Shown: positions 30,891 to 40,708, counted from the first letter of the stretch. The stretch is 64,000 nucleotides of DNA from Clostridia bacterium (GCA_017517745.1 JAFWYJ010000009.1:3467-67466); one strand, 5' to 3'. Numbers and translations: made by a program. The notes: a model not told the origin generated them from the sequence alone.

Positions 30891-30944
30891 AGGCAAAAAG
30901 ATCCGAATGGAGAAGATTGACAAAAATATTTGGAGGCGCGAAAA

Positions 30945-32558
30945 ATGAAAAACTTCAAAACCTTCGGCGTGATGATCGACATGTCCCGCAACGCCGTGAT
31001 GAGCATGGATGGACTCAAACGATTTTTGCCCCTGCTCAAGAAAATGGGATACAACTGTGTGATGCTTTACACCGAGGATACCTACGAGGTCGACGGTGAG
31101 CCCTATTTCGGCTATCTGCGTGGAAGATATACCAAGGCTGAGATGAAGGAGCTGGATGCCTTTGCCGCCTCTCTCGGCATGAAGATGATCCCCTGCATCC
31201 AGACGCTGGCGCATCTCAATGCGATCTTCCATTGGAGACCGGTTGCCGATTTCCCGAAGGACTGCAACGATATTCTGATGACCGACGACGAGCGCACCTA
31301 CGAGCTGATCGATCATATGTTCGCAACGCTTTCCGAGTGCTTTTCCTCGCGTCTGATCCACATCGGAATGGACGAGGCACATATGCTCGGACGCGGAAAG
31401 CATCTCGACCGCTTCGGCTATGAGAACGCAAACTCGATCATGAAGCGTCATTTGGCGCGCGTTTGTGAGATCGCGAAGAAATACGACTACGAGGTCATGC
31501 TCTGGTCGGATATGTTCTTCCGTCCCTGGAACAACGGAAAATATATGATCCCCAAGTGCGAAATGCCGAAGGAGATCGTCGAGTCCTTGCCCGAGAAGGT
31601 GATTCCGGTTTATTGGGATTACTATCAGACGAACGAGCAGGCATACAGCGATATGATCGAAAACCACAGACAGCTTTCCAAGGAGGTCTGGTTTGCGGGC
31701 GGCTCCTGGAGCTGGCACGGTATGATCCCGTTCAACCGCTTCACGCTCGAATCGATGATTCCCGCCATCGATGCTTGCAAAAAGCATAAGGTGAAAAACG
31801 TGGTCATGACGATGTGGGGCGACGACGGTGCCGAGTGCTCGCATTTCTCGCAATTGCCGTCTCTGTTCTATCTCGCCGAATATGCCAAGGGCAACACCGA
31901 CGAGAGCTTGATCAAGGCAAAATTCAAGCGCATGATCGGCATTGATTTCGATGAGTTCATGGCGATCGATCATCCCAACGACGTCGTCAAATATGAGGGC
32001 CAGCCGCGCAATCCCTCCAAATATATGCTCTATTCCGATTATTTCAACGGATTTTTGGACTATACGGTCAGCGAGGGGGGCGGAAAGACCTATGAATCGT
32101 TTGCAGAGCAGCTGCACGCGACCGCCAAGAAGAGCCGCCGCTATGGATATGTCTTTGACACCGCAGCCAAGTTGTGTGATGTTCTGGCGGTGAAATACGA
32201 GCTGGGTGTCCGCACGCGTCGGGCATACGACGCGGGAGACAGGGAAGCGCTTCGCGGCCTTGCAGAGAACGAATACACGCGTCTGATCAAGCTGATCGGC
32301 ATTTACGCAAGAGCCTTTGAGCGTCAGTGGTTTGCCGACAACAAGCCGCACGGCTTTGACGTACAGGACAACCGTTTGGGCGGACTGATCCATCGCACCG
32401 ACGCATGCCGTCGCAGACTGTTGGATTACGTCAACGGAAAAATCGATCGCATTGACGAGCTGGAGGAGAAGCTGCTGCCGTTCTATGAAGCGGGCAAGTC
32501 GGTTTCGATCGTCAGCGCACAGTTTGCATCCACGGTCAACGTGACCTTCCACGGCTAA
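30945..32558 (+). CDS. glycoside hydrolase family 20 protein, paralogue 2
   Basis: Collinear with paralogue 1 over its full length, at roughly three quarters or more identity by eye. Catalytic region is LIHIGMDEAH. Confidence 0.75.
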   Translation: MKNFKTFGVMIDMSRNAVMSMDGLKRFLPLLKKMGYNCVMLYTEDTYEVDGEPYFGYLRGRYTKAEMKELDAFAASLGMKMIPCIQTLAHLNAIFHWRPVADFPKDCNDILMTDDERTYELIDHMFATLSECFSSRLIHIGMDEAHMLGRGKHLDRFGYENANSIMKRHLARVCEIAKKYDYEVMLWSDMFFRPWNNGKYMIPKCEMPKEIVESLPEKVIPVYWDYYQTNEQAYSDMIENHRQLSKEVWFAGGSWSWHGMIPFNRFTLESMIPAIDACKKHKVKNVVMTMWGDDGAECSHFSQLPSLFYLAEYAKGNTDESLIKAKFKRMIGIDFDEFMAIDHPNDVVKYEGQPRNPSKYMLYSDYFNGFLDYTVSEGGGKTYESFAEQLHATAKKSRRYGYVFDTAAKLCDVLAVKYELGVRTRRAYDAGDREALRGLAENEYTRLIKLIGIYARAFERQWFADNKPHGFDVQDNRLGGLIHRTDACRRRLLDYVNGKIDRIDELEEKLLPFYEAGKSVSIVSAQFASTVNVTFHG

Positions 32559-32566
32559 ACAGAACG

Positions 32567-32602
32567 AAAAGAGCGACAGACGAATTCGTCTGTCGCTCTT
32601 TT
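32567..32602. terminator. bidirectional terminator (GH20-2 / yfcE)
   Basis: Perfect 16-bp arms AAAAGAGCGACAGACG / CGTCTGTCGCTCTTTT with loop AATT. Confidence 0.8.
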
Positions 32603-32604
32603 GA

Positions 32605-33147
32605 TCATAGATTTTCCGTCCGATAAGGCGTTCCGTCAAGGTCCTTCCACGTCAGCGTGCGATCCTCCAAAATCAAGTAAGAATGGGGAGAATCCTCCTT
32701 CGGGATCGACACCGATCCGGGGTTGATATAGGTGTAGGTTTCATAGGGGGTAAATTTCGGCACGTGCGTATGTCCGCAGAGCAGAACGTCGCCGCCTGCG
32801 AGCGGCGGGGGATTGTCCGCACCAAAGAGATGTCCGTGTGTTGCAAAGATGCGCAAGCCGTTGACGTCCAGCCATGCATAGTCGGCAAGCACGGGGAATT
32901 TCAAAACCATCTGATCGACCTCAGCTTCGCAGTTTCCGCGCACGCACAACAATGATGGCGCAATCGCGTTGAGAAGCTCGATCACGCGTTTTGGAGCATA
33001 CTCCGTGGGAAGATCGTTGCGCGGTCCGTGATAGAGCAGATCTCCCAGCAGCAGGAAGCGATCGGGGGCTTCGGTGCGGTAGGCTTCGAGAAGCCGCTCG
33101 CAGAAGAATGCCGAGCCGTGAATGTCGGAGGCGATCATCAGTTTCAT
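32605..33147 (-). CDS. yfcE: YfcE-family metallophosphoesterase (phosphodiesterase)
   Basis: Motifs are MIASDIHGS, LLGDLLYHGPRN, RGNCE, ATHGH and CGHTH. 180 aa. Confidence 0.85.
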   Translation of the reverse strand: MKLMIASDIHGSAFFCERLLEAYRTEAPDRFLLLGDLLYHGPRNDLPTEYAPKRVIELLNAIAPSLLCVRGNCEAEVDQMVLKFPVLADYAWLDVNGLRIFATHGHLFGADNPPPLAGGDVLLCGHTHVPKFTPYETYTYINPGSVSIPKEDSPHSYLILEDRTLTWKDLDGTPYRTENL

Positions 33148-33181
33148 GGGAATTCGTCCTTTCGTTACTTTTGCTATTTAT

Positions 33182-33210
33182 ATTATATAGATATTCTGAT
33201 CTTTTGTCAA
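33182..33210 (-). promoter_or_regulatory. consensus sigma-A promoter of yfcE
   Basis: On the - strand: TTGACA (33210-33205), 17-nt spacer, TATAAT (33187-33182). Confidence 0.55.
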
Positions 33211-33230
33211 GAATTTTTCATCAAAGCATA

Positions 33231-33267
33231 TTGACAAATTCAATGTGTTGGCGTATAATTGTATACA
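33231..33267 (+). promoter_or_regulatory. consensus sigma-A promoter with adjacent GT..AC palindrome (candidate GntR operator)
   Basis: TTGACA (33231-33236), 17-nt spacer, TATAAT (33254-33259), followed immediately by TGTATACA (33260-33267). Confidence 0.55.
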
Positions 33268-33296
33268 TTATCAAAGAAGCATCGGAGGAACGAGAA

Positions 33297-34673
33297 ATGT
33301 TAGAAATTTCTTCCAAAACCAACCTGTTAGAGCAAAAAAGCTATAAGTATTCGTTGCAGGACGTTTCGGAGCCGAATCTGTACCGCGACGTTTATCCTTA
33401 TACCGACGTGCCGCGCATCGCGTTCAACCATCGCCGCGTGCCGATCGGAATGCCCGAGGATATCTGGATCACCGACACCTCCTTCCGTGACGGACAGCAG
33501 TCGGTCGAGCCCTATACCGTCAAGCAGATCGTCGATCTCTTCAAGCTGATGTCGCGCTTGGGCGGTCCTTACGGCATCATTCGTCAGACCGAATTTTTCG
33601 TATATAGCCAAAAGGACAGGGAAGCGGTGGCGCAGTGCCAGGATCTCGGCTTGAAATTCCCCGAGATCACCACTTGGATCCGCGCGAGCAAGGAGGACTT
33701 CAAGCTGGTTCGCGACCTCGGCATCCGCGAGACGGGTATTCTGGTCTCCTGCAGTGACTATCACATCTTCAAAAAGATGAAAATGACGAGAAAGCAGTGC
33801 ATGGAGTATTATCTTGCCACGGTTGCAGAGGCATTTGAAGCGGGCGTCATGCCGCGTTGCCACCTGGAGGACATCACGCGTGCCGATTTCTACGGCTTCG
33901 TCGTGCCGTTTGTCAACGAACTGATGAAGATGTCGGCGGATGCCAAGATCCCGGTGCGTATTCGTGCCTGTGACACGATGGGCTACGGTGTTCCGTACCC
34001 CGAGGTCGCCATTCCGCGAAGCGTTCCCGGCATCATTTACGGTCTGCAGCACTATTCCGACGTTCCCAGTGAAATGCTGGAGTGGCACGGACACAACGAC
34101 TTCTACAAGGCGGTCACCAACGCGACCACCGCATGGCTCTACGGCGCTTGCGGCGTCAACTGCTCGCTCCTGGGCATCGGTGAGCGCACGGGTAACGTGC
34201 CGCTGGAGGCGATGGTCTTCGAGTATGCGGGCATCCGCGGCTCTCTTGACGGCATGGATACCACCGCGATCACCGAAATCGCGGATTACTTCAAATATGA
34301 GATGGGATACAACATCCCGCCCATGACGCCCTTCGTCGGAAAGAGCTTCAACGTCACTCGCGCGGGCATTCATGCCGACGGACTGCTCAAGGACGAGGAG
34401 ATCTATAATATCTTTGACACCAAAAAGATTCTCAACCGTGCGGCGTCGGTGTTGCTCGGAAAGACCTCCGGACTTGCGGGAATTGCCTATTGGATCAACG
34501 AAAACTACCGTCTGTCGCCGGACGAAGCGGTTGACAAGAGAGATCCGTTGGTCATCTCGCTCAAGGAGTGGATCGACAAGGAATATGAGGGCGGCAGACA
34601 GACCTCGCTCTCGGTTGGCGAAATCGAGGAAAAGATCGAAGAGCTTTCCGGAAATCGCTTTTCAAGACTTTGA
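33297..34673 (+). CDS. homocitrate/isopropylmalate-synthase-family enzyme, candidate Re-citrate synthase
   Basis: ATG at 33297 follows GGAGGA. It has the DRE-TIM metallolyase motif ITDTSFRDGQQS and is 458 aa. It is the first gene of an operon with aconitase and isocitrate dehydrogenase. The 560-aa ORF in the track is an upstream overextension. Confidence 0.65.
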   Translation: MLEISSKTNLLEQKSYKYSLQDVSEPNLYRDVYPYTDVPRIAFNHRRVPIGMPEDIWITDTSFRDGQQSVEPYTVKQIVDLFKLMSRLGGPYGIIRQTEFFVYSQKDREAVAQCQDLGLKFPEITTWIRASKEDFKLVRDLGIRETGILVSCSDYHIFKKMKMTRKQCMEYYLATVAEAFEAGVMPRCHLEDITRADFYGFVVPFVNELMKMSADAKIPVRIRACDTMGYGVPYPEVAIPRSVPGIIYGLQHYSDVPSEMLEWHGHNDFYKAVTNATTAWLYGACGVNCSLLGIGERTGNVPLEAMVFEYAGIRGSLDGMDTTAITEIADYFKYEMGYNIPPMTPFVGKSFNVTRAGIHADGLLKDEEIYNIFDTKKILNRAASVLLGKTSGLAGIAYWINENYRLSPDEAVDKRDPLVISLKEWIDKEYEGGRQTSLSVGEIEEKIEELSGNRFSRL

Positions 34674-34696
34674 AGGAACCAAAGGAGACGGACGAA

Positions 34697-35350
34697 ATGA
34701 TTGAACATAGAACAGTATCCTTGGCGGAGCAGGTGTTTGACCGCCTGGAGACCGATATTCTTTCGGGAAAATATCAGCAGGGAGAAATTTTGACCGAGCT
34801 GAAGCTGGTTGCCGACCTCGGTGTCAGCCGTACGCCCATTCGCGAGGCGTTGCGCCGCTTGGAGCAGGAGCATATCATTGAAAACTCTTCCAAGGGGATC
34901 GTGGTGCTGGGTGTGAGCAAAAAGGATTTGGAGGATATTCTGGAGATCCGTATTCGCATCGAGGGCTTGGCGGCAGCGATGGCGGCACAGCGCATTACTG
35001 ACGAAGAGCTTGCGGAGCTGCGCGAGACGATCGAGCTGCAGGAATTTTACGTTCCCAAGCATGATGCCGATCGCATCAACGGCATGGACAGCAAATTCCA
35101 TTTGCTCATTTACCGTTTTTCGGGAAGCGTTCCGCTTTATGACACGCTGGTTCCGTTGCACAAAAAGGTGTTGAAATATCGCAAAGCATCGGTCGAAAAC
35201 GAGGTTCGCTCCACACATTCCTCGCAGGAGCATCGCGCGATCTTTGAAGCGATCGCCAAACACGACGCGCCTCTGGCAGAGGAACTGATGAGAGCGCACA
35301 TCGCAAACGCAAAGGAATATATTCAAAACAAAGACAAGGGGAACGATTGA
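34697..35350 (+). CDS. GntR-family (FadR/FCD-type) transcriptional regulator
   Basis: wHTH region LTELKLVADLGVSRTPIREALRRLEQEHII followed by a helical FCD-like C-terminus. RBS is AAAGGAG. Confidence 0.85.
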   Translation: MIEHRTVSLAEQVFDRLETDILSGKYQQGEILTELKLVADLGVSRTPIREALRRLEQEHIIENSSKGIVVLGVSKKDLEDILEIRIRIEGLAAAMAAQRITDEELAELRETIELQEFYVPKHDADRINGMDSKFHLLIYRFSGSVPLYDTLVPLHKKVLKYRKASVENEVRSTHSSQEHRAIFEAIAKHDAPLAEELMRAHIANAKEYIQNKDKGND

Positions 35351-35351
35351 C

Positions 35352-37283
35352 ATGGGACTTACCATTGCACAAAAAATCATCAAGGCGCACCTGATCGGCG
35401 GAGAAATGACGGTCGGCAGTGAGATCGCCCTGAAAATTGATCAGACGTTGACACAGGACGCCACGGGAACCATGGCGTATCTCGAATTCGAGGCCATGGG
35501 CATTGACCGCGTCCGTACCGAGCGCAGCGTGGCTTATATCGATCACAACACCCTGCAATCGGGATTTGAGAACGCCGATGACCACCGCTTCATTCAGTCG
35601 ATTGCGAAGAAGCACGGCATCTATTTTTCGCGTCCCGGCAACGGCATTTGCCATCAGGTACATCTGGAGCGCTTCGGGATTCCCGGAAAGACGCTCATCG
35701 GCTCGGACAGCCACACCCCCACGGGCGGCGGAATCGGTATGCTCGCGTTTGGCGCGGGCGGACTTGATGTCGCGGTCGCCATGGGCGGCGGCGCGTACTA
35801 TATCACCATGCCCAAGATGATCAAGGTCAACCTCACGGGCAAGCTCCGTCCCTTCGTCACCGCGAAGGACGTCAGCCTGGAGATTTTGCGGATCCTCTCG
35901 GTCAAGGGCGGCGTCGGCTCGATCATCGAGTGGGGCGGCGAGGGCATCAAGACACTCTCTGTTCCCGAGAGAGCCACCATCACCAACATGGGAACCGAGC
36001 TGGGCGCGACCACCTCGATCTTCCCGTCCGATGAGATCACGCGTGATTTCCTGCGCGCAGAGGGCAGAGAAGCCGATTTCGTGGCATTGGAAAGTGATGC
36101 CGATGCGGTTTATGACCGTGTGATCGACATCGATCTTTCGACGCTCAAGCCGCTGATCGCTTGTCCTCACAGCCCCGATAACGTGGTCACCGTCGAGAGT
36201 TTGAAGGGCACCAAAGTCGATCAGGTCTGCATCGGTTCTTGCACCAACTCCTCGCTTTTGGATATGCTCAAGGTCGCCGCTCTCCTCAAGGGCAAGACCA
36301 TCAAGCCCGAGGTCAGCCTGTCGATCTCTCCCGGATCCAAGCAGGTGCTTTCCATGCTTTCCGAGTGCGGTGCGCTCACCGACATTCTCGCAAGCGGCGC
36401 GCGTGTACTCGAATGTGCGTGCGGTCCTTGCATCGGCATGGGCTTCTCGCCCAACTCCGCGGGTGTGAGCCTCCGTACCTTCAACCGTAACTTTGAGGGC
36501 AGAAGCGGAACCGCCGATGCCAAGGTCTATCTGGTTTCTCCCGAGACGGCGGTTGCCGCCGCGCTGACGGGTGAGATCACCGACCCCATTCTCTTGGGTG
36601 AGATGCCCAAGATCGAAATGCCCAAGGCATTCCGCATCGATGACAGCGCTGTCATCGCGCCCGCGCCCGTTGAGGAGGCTAAAGATCTGGAAATTCTGCG
36701 CGGTCCCAACATCAAGAAATTCCCCGATTGCCACCCGCAAGAGGATGCGATCCGTGCTGAGCTGGTTTTGAAGGTTGGAGATAATATCACCACCGACCAC
36801 ATCATGCCCGCGGGTGCGAAGATCCTGCCTTACCGCTCCAACATTCCTTTCCTGTCGCAGTATTGCTTTGGCGTTTGCGACAAGACCTTCCCCGAAAGAG
36901 CCAAGGCGGCGGGGAAGAGCATCGTGGTTGGCGGCTCGAACTATGGACAGGGCTCCTCGCGTGAGCATGCGGCGCTCGTTCCGCTTTATCTCGGCGTGCG
37001 TGTCGTCATCACCAAGAGCTTTGCGAGAATCCACGTTGCCAATCTGATCAACGCCGGCATCATGCCTCTGACCTTTGCCGATCCCGCGGATTATGATAAG
37101 GTCAAGGAGGGCGATATGCTCTCGATCGACGGCGTCTGGGCGGGCATGGACAGCGGAAGCATGACGCTTTGCAACGAAACGACCGGCGAGAAGATCGCGC
37201 TTGTTTGCAGCTTTACCGAGCGTCAGAAGGCGATTCTGAAGGCGGGAAGCCTGCTTGCTTACACGGGAGAACAGCTCAATTGA
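35352..37283 (+). CDS. acn: aconitate hydratase (about 640-aa type)
   Basis: Fe-S ligand motifs are CIGSCTNSS and [11 protein letters not shown]. The swivel domain has [15 protein letters not shown]. It starts 2 nt after the GntR stop. Confidence 0.9.
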   Translation: MGLTIAQKIIKAHLIGGEMTVGSEIALKIDQTLTQDATGTMAYLEFEAMGIDRVRTERSVAYIDHNTLQSGFENADDHRFIQSIAKKHGIYFSRPGNGICHQVHLERFGIPGKTLIGSDSHTPTGGGIGMLAFGAGGLDVAVAMGGGAYYITMPKMIKVNLTGKLRPFVTAKDVSLEILRILSVKGGVGSIIEWGGEGIKTLSVPERATITNMGTELGATTSIFPSDEITRDFLRAEGREADFVALESDADAVYDRVIDIDLSTLKPLIACPHSPDNVVTVESLKGTKVDQVCIGSCTNSSLLDMLKVAALLKGKTIKPEVSLSISPGSKQVLSMLSECGALTDILASGARVLECACGPCIGMGFSPNSAGVSLRTFNRNFEGRSGTADAKVYLVSPETAVAAALTGEITDPILLGEMPKIEMPKAFRIDDSAVIAPAPVEEAKDLEILRGPNIKKFPDCHPQEDAIRAELVLKVGDNITTDHIMPAGAKILPYRSNIPFLSQYCFGVCDKTFPERAKAAGKSIVVGGSNYGQGSSREHAALVPLYLGVRVVITKSFARIHVANLINAGIMPLTFADPADYDKVKEGDMLSIDGVWAGMDSGSMTLCNETTGEKIALVCSFTERQKAILKAGSLLAYTGEQLN

Positions 37284-37305
37284 GCTTGAACAGAGGAGAA
37301 AGACC

Positions 37306-38523
37306 ATGAAAAAAATAGAAATGAAAACACCGCTGGTCGAGATGGACGGCGACGAAATGACGAGAATCCTTTGGCAGATGATCAAGGACGAGCTGCTTTT
37401 GCCGTTCGTCGATCTGAAAACCGAATATTACGATCTCGGCTTGCCCGAGAGAGAAAAGACCAAGGACCGGGTTACCTTTGATTCGGCGTATGCCACGCAG
37501 AAATACGGCGTTGCCGTCAAGTGTGCCACCATCACGCCCAACAAGCAGCGCGTGGAGGAATATAACCTCTCCGAGATGTGGAAGAGCCCCAACGGAACCA
37601 TTCGCGCCATTCTCGACGGCACTGTGTTCCGCGCGCCGATCCTCATCGACAGCATCCGTCCCGCCGTCCGCAATTGGAAAAAGCCGATCACGATCGCGCG
37701 TCACGCTTACGGAGACATCTACAAGGCAACCGAGTACCGCGTTCCCACGGAGGGCAAAGCAGAGTTGGTTTATACCGACAAGGACGGCAAGGAGACCTTC
37801 CGTCAGACGGTTTACGATTTTGAGTGTGCCGGCGTTCTGCAGGGAAGCTACAACAAGGATTCTTCGATCCGCTCCTTCGCGCACTCCTGCTTCCAATACG
37901 CACTCAACACCAAGCAGGATCTTTGGTTCTCGACCAAGGATACCATCTCCAAGCAGTACGATCAGACCTTCAAGCTGATCTTCCAGGAGATCTATGACAA
38001 CGAATACAAGGAAGCGTTCGAGAAGGCGGGAATTACCTATTTCTACACCCTGATCGACGACGCGGTCGCGCGCGTCATCCGCAGTGAGGGCGGCTTTATC
38101 TGGGCTTGCAAGAATTACGACGGCGACGTCATGAGCGACATGGTTTCTACCGCGTTCGGATCTCTTGCCATGATGACCTCGGTTCTGGTCTCTCCCGACG
38201 GAAAGTTTGAGTACGAGGCGGCACACGGCACGGTTACGCGCCACTATTACCGCTATCTCAAGGGCGAGGAGACCTCGACCAACCCCATGGCGACGATCTA
38301 CGCATGGTCGGGCGCGCTTCGCAAGAGAGGCGAGCTTGACGGGCTGGATGAGCTGGTCAACTTTGCCGATCAGCTGGAGGCGGCGTGCATCGACACCCTC
38401 AATCAGGGAGTCATGACCAAGGACCTTGTCGGACTCGTTGTGGAGGGAACCGAGACCACCTCGGTCAATTCCCGCGATTTCATCGTTGCGATCCGCAAGA
38501 ACCTCGAAAAAAGACTTGCATAA
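37306..38523 (+). CDS. icd: NADP-dependent isocitrate dehydrogenase (about 400-aa eukaryote-like subfamily)
   Basis: [26 protein letters not shown]...KCATITPN...[11 protein letters not shown]. Confidence 0.9.
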   Translation: MKKIEMKTPLVEMDGDEMTRILWQMIKDELLLPFVDLKTEYYDLGLPEREKTKDRVTFDSAYATQKYGVAVKCATITPNKQRVEEYNLSEMWKSPNGTIRAILDGTVFRAPILIDSIRPAVRNWKKPITIARHAYGDIYKATEYRVPTEGKAELVYTDKDGKETFRQTVYDFECAGVLQGSYNKDSSIRSFAHSCFQYALNTKQDLWFSTKDTISKQYDQTFKLIFQEIYDNEYKEAFEKAGITYFYTLIDDAVARVIRSEGGFIWACKNYDGDVMSDMVSTAFGSLAMMTSVLVSPDGKFEYEAAHGTVTRHYYRYLKGEETSTNPMATIYAWSGALRKRGELDGLDELVNFADQLEAACIDTLNQGVMTKDLVGLVVEGTETTSVNSRDFIVAIRKNLEKRLA

Positions 38524-38527
38524 AAAC

Positions 38528-38574
38528 AAAAAATCCCTGACGGTTAAGGCGCGTGTTCTTAAGGACAGTTTTTG
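38528..38574. repeat. left inverted repeat bracketing the low-GC cassette
   Basis: AAAAAATCCCTGACGGTTAAGGCGCGTGTTCTTAAGGACAGTTTTTG is the imperfect reverse complement of 40709-40754. Confidence 0.75.
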
Positions 38575-38684
38575 AAATTCAATAGAATATGTCACCTACC
38601 GACAGGAAAAGGACGAAGAGATATAAAACTCCTCGTCCTCTTTTCTTTTCAGACCCTGCATTTGTAGATACAAATACTTCTATG

Positions 38685-38713
38685 TAGACTAATTCACAAT
38701 TTTATGATATAAT
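38685..38713 (+). promoter_or_regulatory. sigma-A-like promoter of the sigma-fusion gene
   Basis: TAGACT (38685-38690), 17-nt spacer, TATAAT (38708-38713). Confidence 0.45.
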
Positions 38714-38778
38714 ATTTTTAATAATCTTGTCAGCAAACTGAGAAATGCCACACTATATGGGTGAAAGGAGGCGAGAAA

Positions 38779-40443
38779 ATGCAGGAAACGAACAAAATGC
38801 GCGATCAACTAATCAACGAGTTTGCCGAGAACTATATGGAAAAGCTGTTTTATTTCTGCTTAAAAAAGACTGGTAGCCATATTGAAGCAGAAGATTTAAC
38901 GCAGGATATCGCACTTCAGATCATCACGGCTTTGAACAAAAGCACGATCCCAACGAGTTTTTCAGCGTGGGTATGGCAGATTGCGCGTAACCGTTATTCC
39001 GTATGGGCAAAAGAAAAGCATAATCGAAACGAATCGGTAACCGGTTCCGATATCGGAGATTATGAGATCGAGGACGAAAGCGAAAATATCCTTGATGAAA
39101 TGATACATACAGAGCAAATGGCTCTGCTTCGGCGGGAGCTGGCATTCATCAAAAGTGATTATCGCAATATAGTCGTTGCCTATTACATAGAGAATAAGAG
39201 CGTTCGTGACATTGCATCATCGCTGTCACTTTCCATAAGCTCGGTTCAGCAAAGACTTCACCGTGCAAGAATCATATTGAAAGAAGGTATGAATATGGCA
39301 AGAGAATTTGGAAAATTAAGCTATAATCCCGAAAATATTGCATTTTGGGTTAATGGGTTACATGGGGCAAATGGCGCACCCAGAATTTATGTTTCGCGTT
39401 CTCTCAGCAAAAACATTATGCTTGCAGCATATAGAACACCTGCAACGGCAGAAGAACTTGCAATGGAGTTGGGAGTAGCTCTTCCGTATATGGAAGAAGA
39501 ACTATCTACACTTGTAGATGCTACATTGATGAAGAAAAATGGCAATAAATACGAAACCAACATTTTTATTGTGAGTGCGGAAGCACAAGAAAAGATTTTT
39601 GCACATGTGCGTGGGATTGCTCCTGAGCTTACAAAGGCGATTATTGACACGATGGAGTATAATATTGAGTGGTCAAACAAAAATGCACCTAATTGGCATG
39701 AAGGTTATCAAAGCTATGAGGATATGAATTGGGCGCTTCTTATGATCGAAGCTGATAACGTATCTTTTGATACCCTTAAGCCTTTTAAGAAAAACGCCAA
39801 AGATGTTCCTAATATTGGTCCATGGGGACATACTATCCGTCCTAATGGTGGCGAATGGGATTTGCTTGGTATGGAAATCCATCACGGCGATGAGCCCAAA
39901 CATGTGGGTCTTAGCGGATGTGTTTCATGCCCCAACGAAAAGGATTTGCCCGAAATTATGTTCCGTCAATTCCGCTTCAAGTATTGCGGAATTGAAAATC
40001 GCACACCACCGGTTCTTACCTATGCGGACGGGCAAGCAATGGTTGCGGTTGCCGAGGGCAAGAGCGCAGATATTGATAAATCTATTCTAAACAGATTAGA
40101 ATCTTATGGATATATCAAAAAGACTGATGATGGTTATATTCCCGCCATTATGGTTATGCGCAAAAACAAATCAAGCAAAATGCCAAAGGAGATACGAGAA
40201 CAATTTGAGGCGCTTCGCCATAAAGCAACGGAAATAGCGACTCGCCACTATTTGTTCTGCCGAGAACAGATTTATAAAGAAATTCCCGAATTCTTGAAAG
40301 AGGATGAATTTCAAATCGATCACGCTTGCGTTAACATTTTTTCAATGCGCGGCGCGGTCTTGGAAGAAGCTATCAGACAAGGCTATTTAACCTTTGACAA
40401 GGATAACAACAAACAGATGTTGGGGGCTTATTTGGTAATATAA
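38779..40443 (+). CDS. ECF-type sigma-70 family factor fused to a soluble C-terminal domain of about 380 aa with unknown function
   Basis: ATG at 38779 is 7 nt after AAAGGAGG. Region 2 is EDLTQDIALQI...FSAWVWQIARNRY. Region 4 is YRNIVVAYYIENKSVRDIASSLSLSISSVQQRLHRAR. It is 554 aa with no TM segment seen. Confidence 0.8.
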   Translation: MQETNKMRDQLINEFAENYMEKLFYFCLKKTGSHIEAEDLTQDIALQIITALNKSTIPTSFSAWVWQIARNRYSVWAKEKHNRNESVTGSDIGDYEIEDESENILDEMIHTEQMALLRRELAFIKSDYRNIVVAYYIENKSVRDIASSLSLSISSVQQRLHRARIILKEGMNMAREFGKLSYNPENIAFWVNGLHGANGAPRIYVSRSLSKNIMLAAYRTPATAEELAMELGVALPYMEEELSTLVDATLMKKNGNKYETNIFIVSAEAQEKIFAHVRGIAPELTKAIIDTMEYNIEWSNKNAPNWHEGYQSYEDMNWALLMIEADNVSFDTLKPFKKNAKDVPNIGPWGHTIRPNGGEWDLLGMEIHHGDEPKHVGLSGCVSCPNEKDLPEIMFRQFRFKYCGIENRTPPVLTYADGQAMVAVAEGKSADIDKSILNRLESYGYIKKTDDGYIPAIMVMRKNKSSKMPKEIREQFEALRHKATEIATRHYLFCREQIYKEIPEFLKEDEFQIDHACVNIFSMRGAVLEEAIRQGYLTFDKDNNKQMLGAYLVI

Positions 40444-40548
40444 ATTTTATCGCCGAGGGTAACCGTTTGGTCGCTCTCGGCGGTCTCTTTTTATTTCGCA
40501 CAACCACTTCCGGTGGTGAGTAAGTGCGCACTTACAGACAAACAAAAA

Positions 40549-40672
40549 GCCTCCTTTGTGTAAAGGGAGGTGGCACGGCAACGCCGTGACGGAGGGATTG
40601 TAAAAGTTAGATTTGACCAAAAACAATCCCTCAGTCAGCTTCGCTGACAGCTCCCTTTACACAAGGGAGCCT
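40549..40672. repeat. multi-hairpin palindromic repeat element, copy B
   Basis: GCCTCCTTTGTGTAAAGGGAGGTGGCACGGCAACGCCGTGACGGAGGGATTGTAAAAG...AAAACAATCCCTCAGTCAGCTTCGCTGACAGCTCCCTTTACACAAGGGAGCCTC. The flanks CAGACAAACAA / TTGTTTGTCT extend the palindrome. Confidence 0.75.
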
Positions 40673-40708
40673 CTGGCTGTAGTTGTTTGTCTTTCTGATA
40701 TAGTGTTA

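Noticed and set aside
30614-30944. Mini-ORFs in the spacer between the GH20 paralogues (for example the 8-codon MKSKAIYR and a 19-codon GTG ORF)
   Set aside because: They are too short, their RBS spacing is poor, and the sequence is better explained as the promoter and leader of the second GH20 gene.
32991-33296. N-terminal 102-codon extension of the citrate-synthase-like ORF (the 560-aa version in the track)
   Set aside because: The extension runs through the divergent promoter region and the yfcE 5' end. A consensus promoter (33231-33259) and GGAGGA RBS precede the internal ATG at 33297, which gives the expected size of about 458 aa.
35106-37385. 759-aa ORF on the - strand
   Set aside because: It is an antisense shadow spanning the GntR and aconitase genes, which are both strongly supported by motifs. 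Its R/G/A/D-rich sequence has no features.
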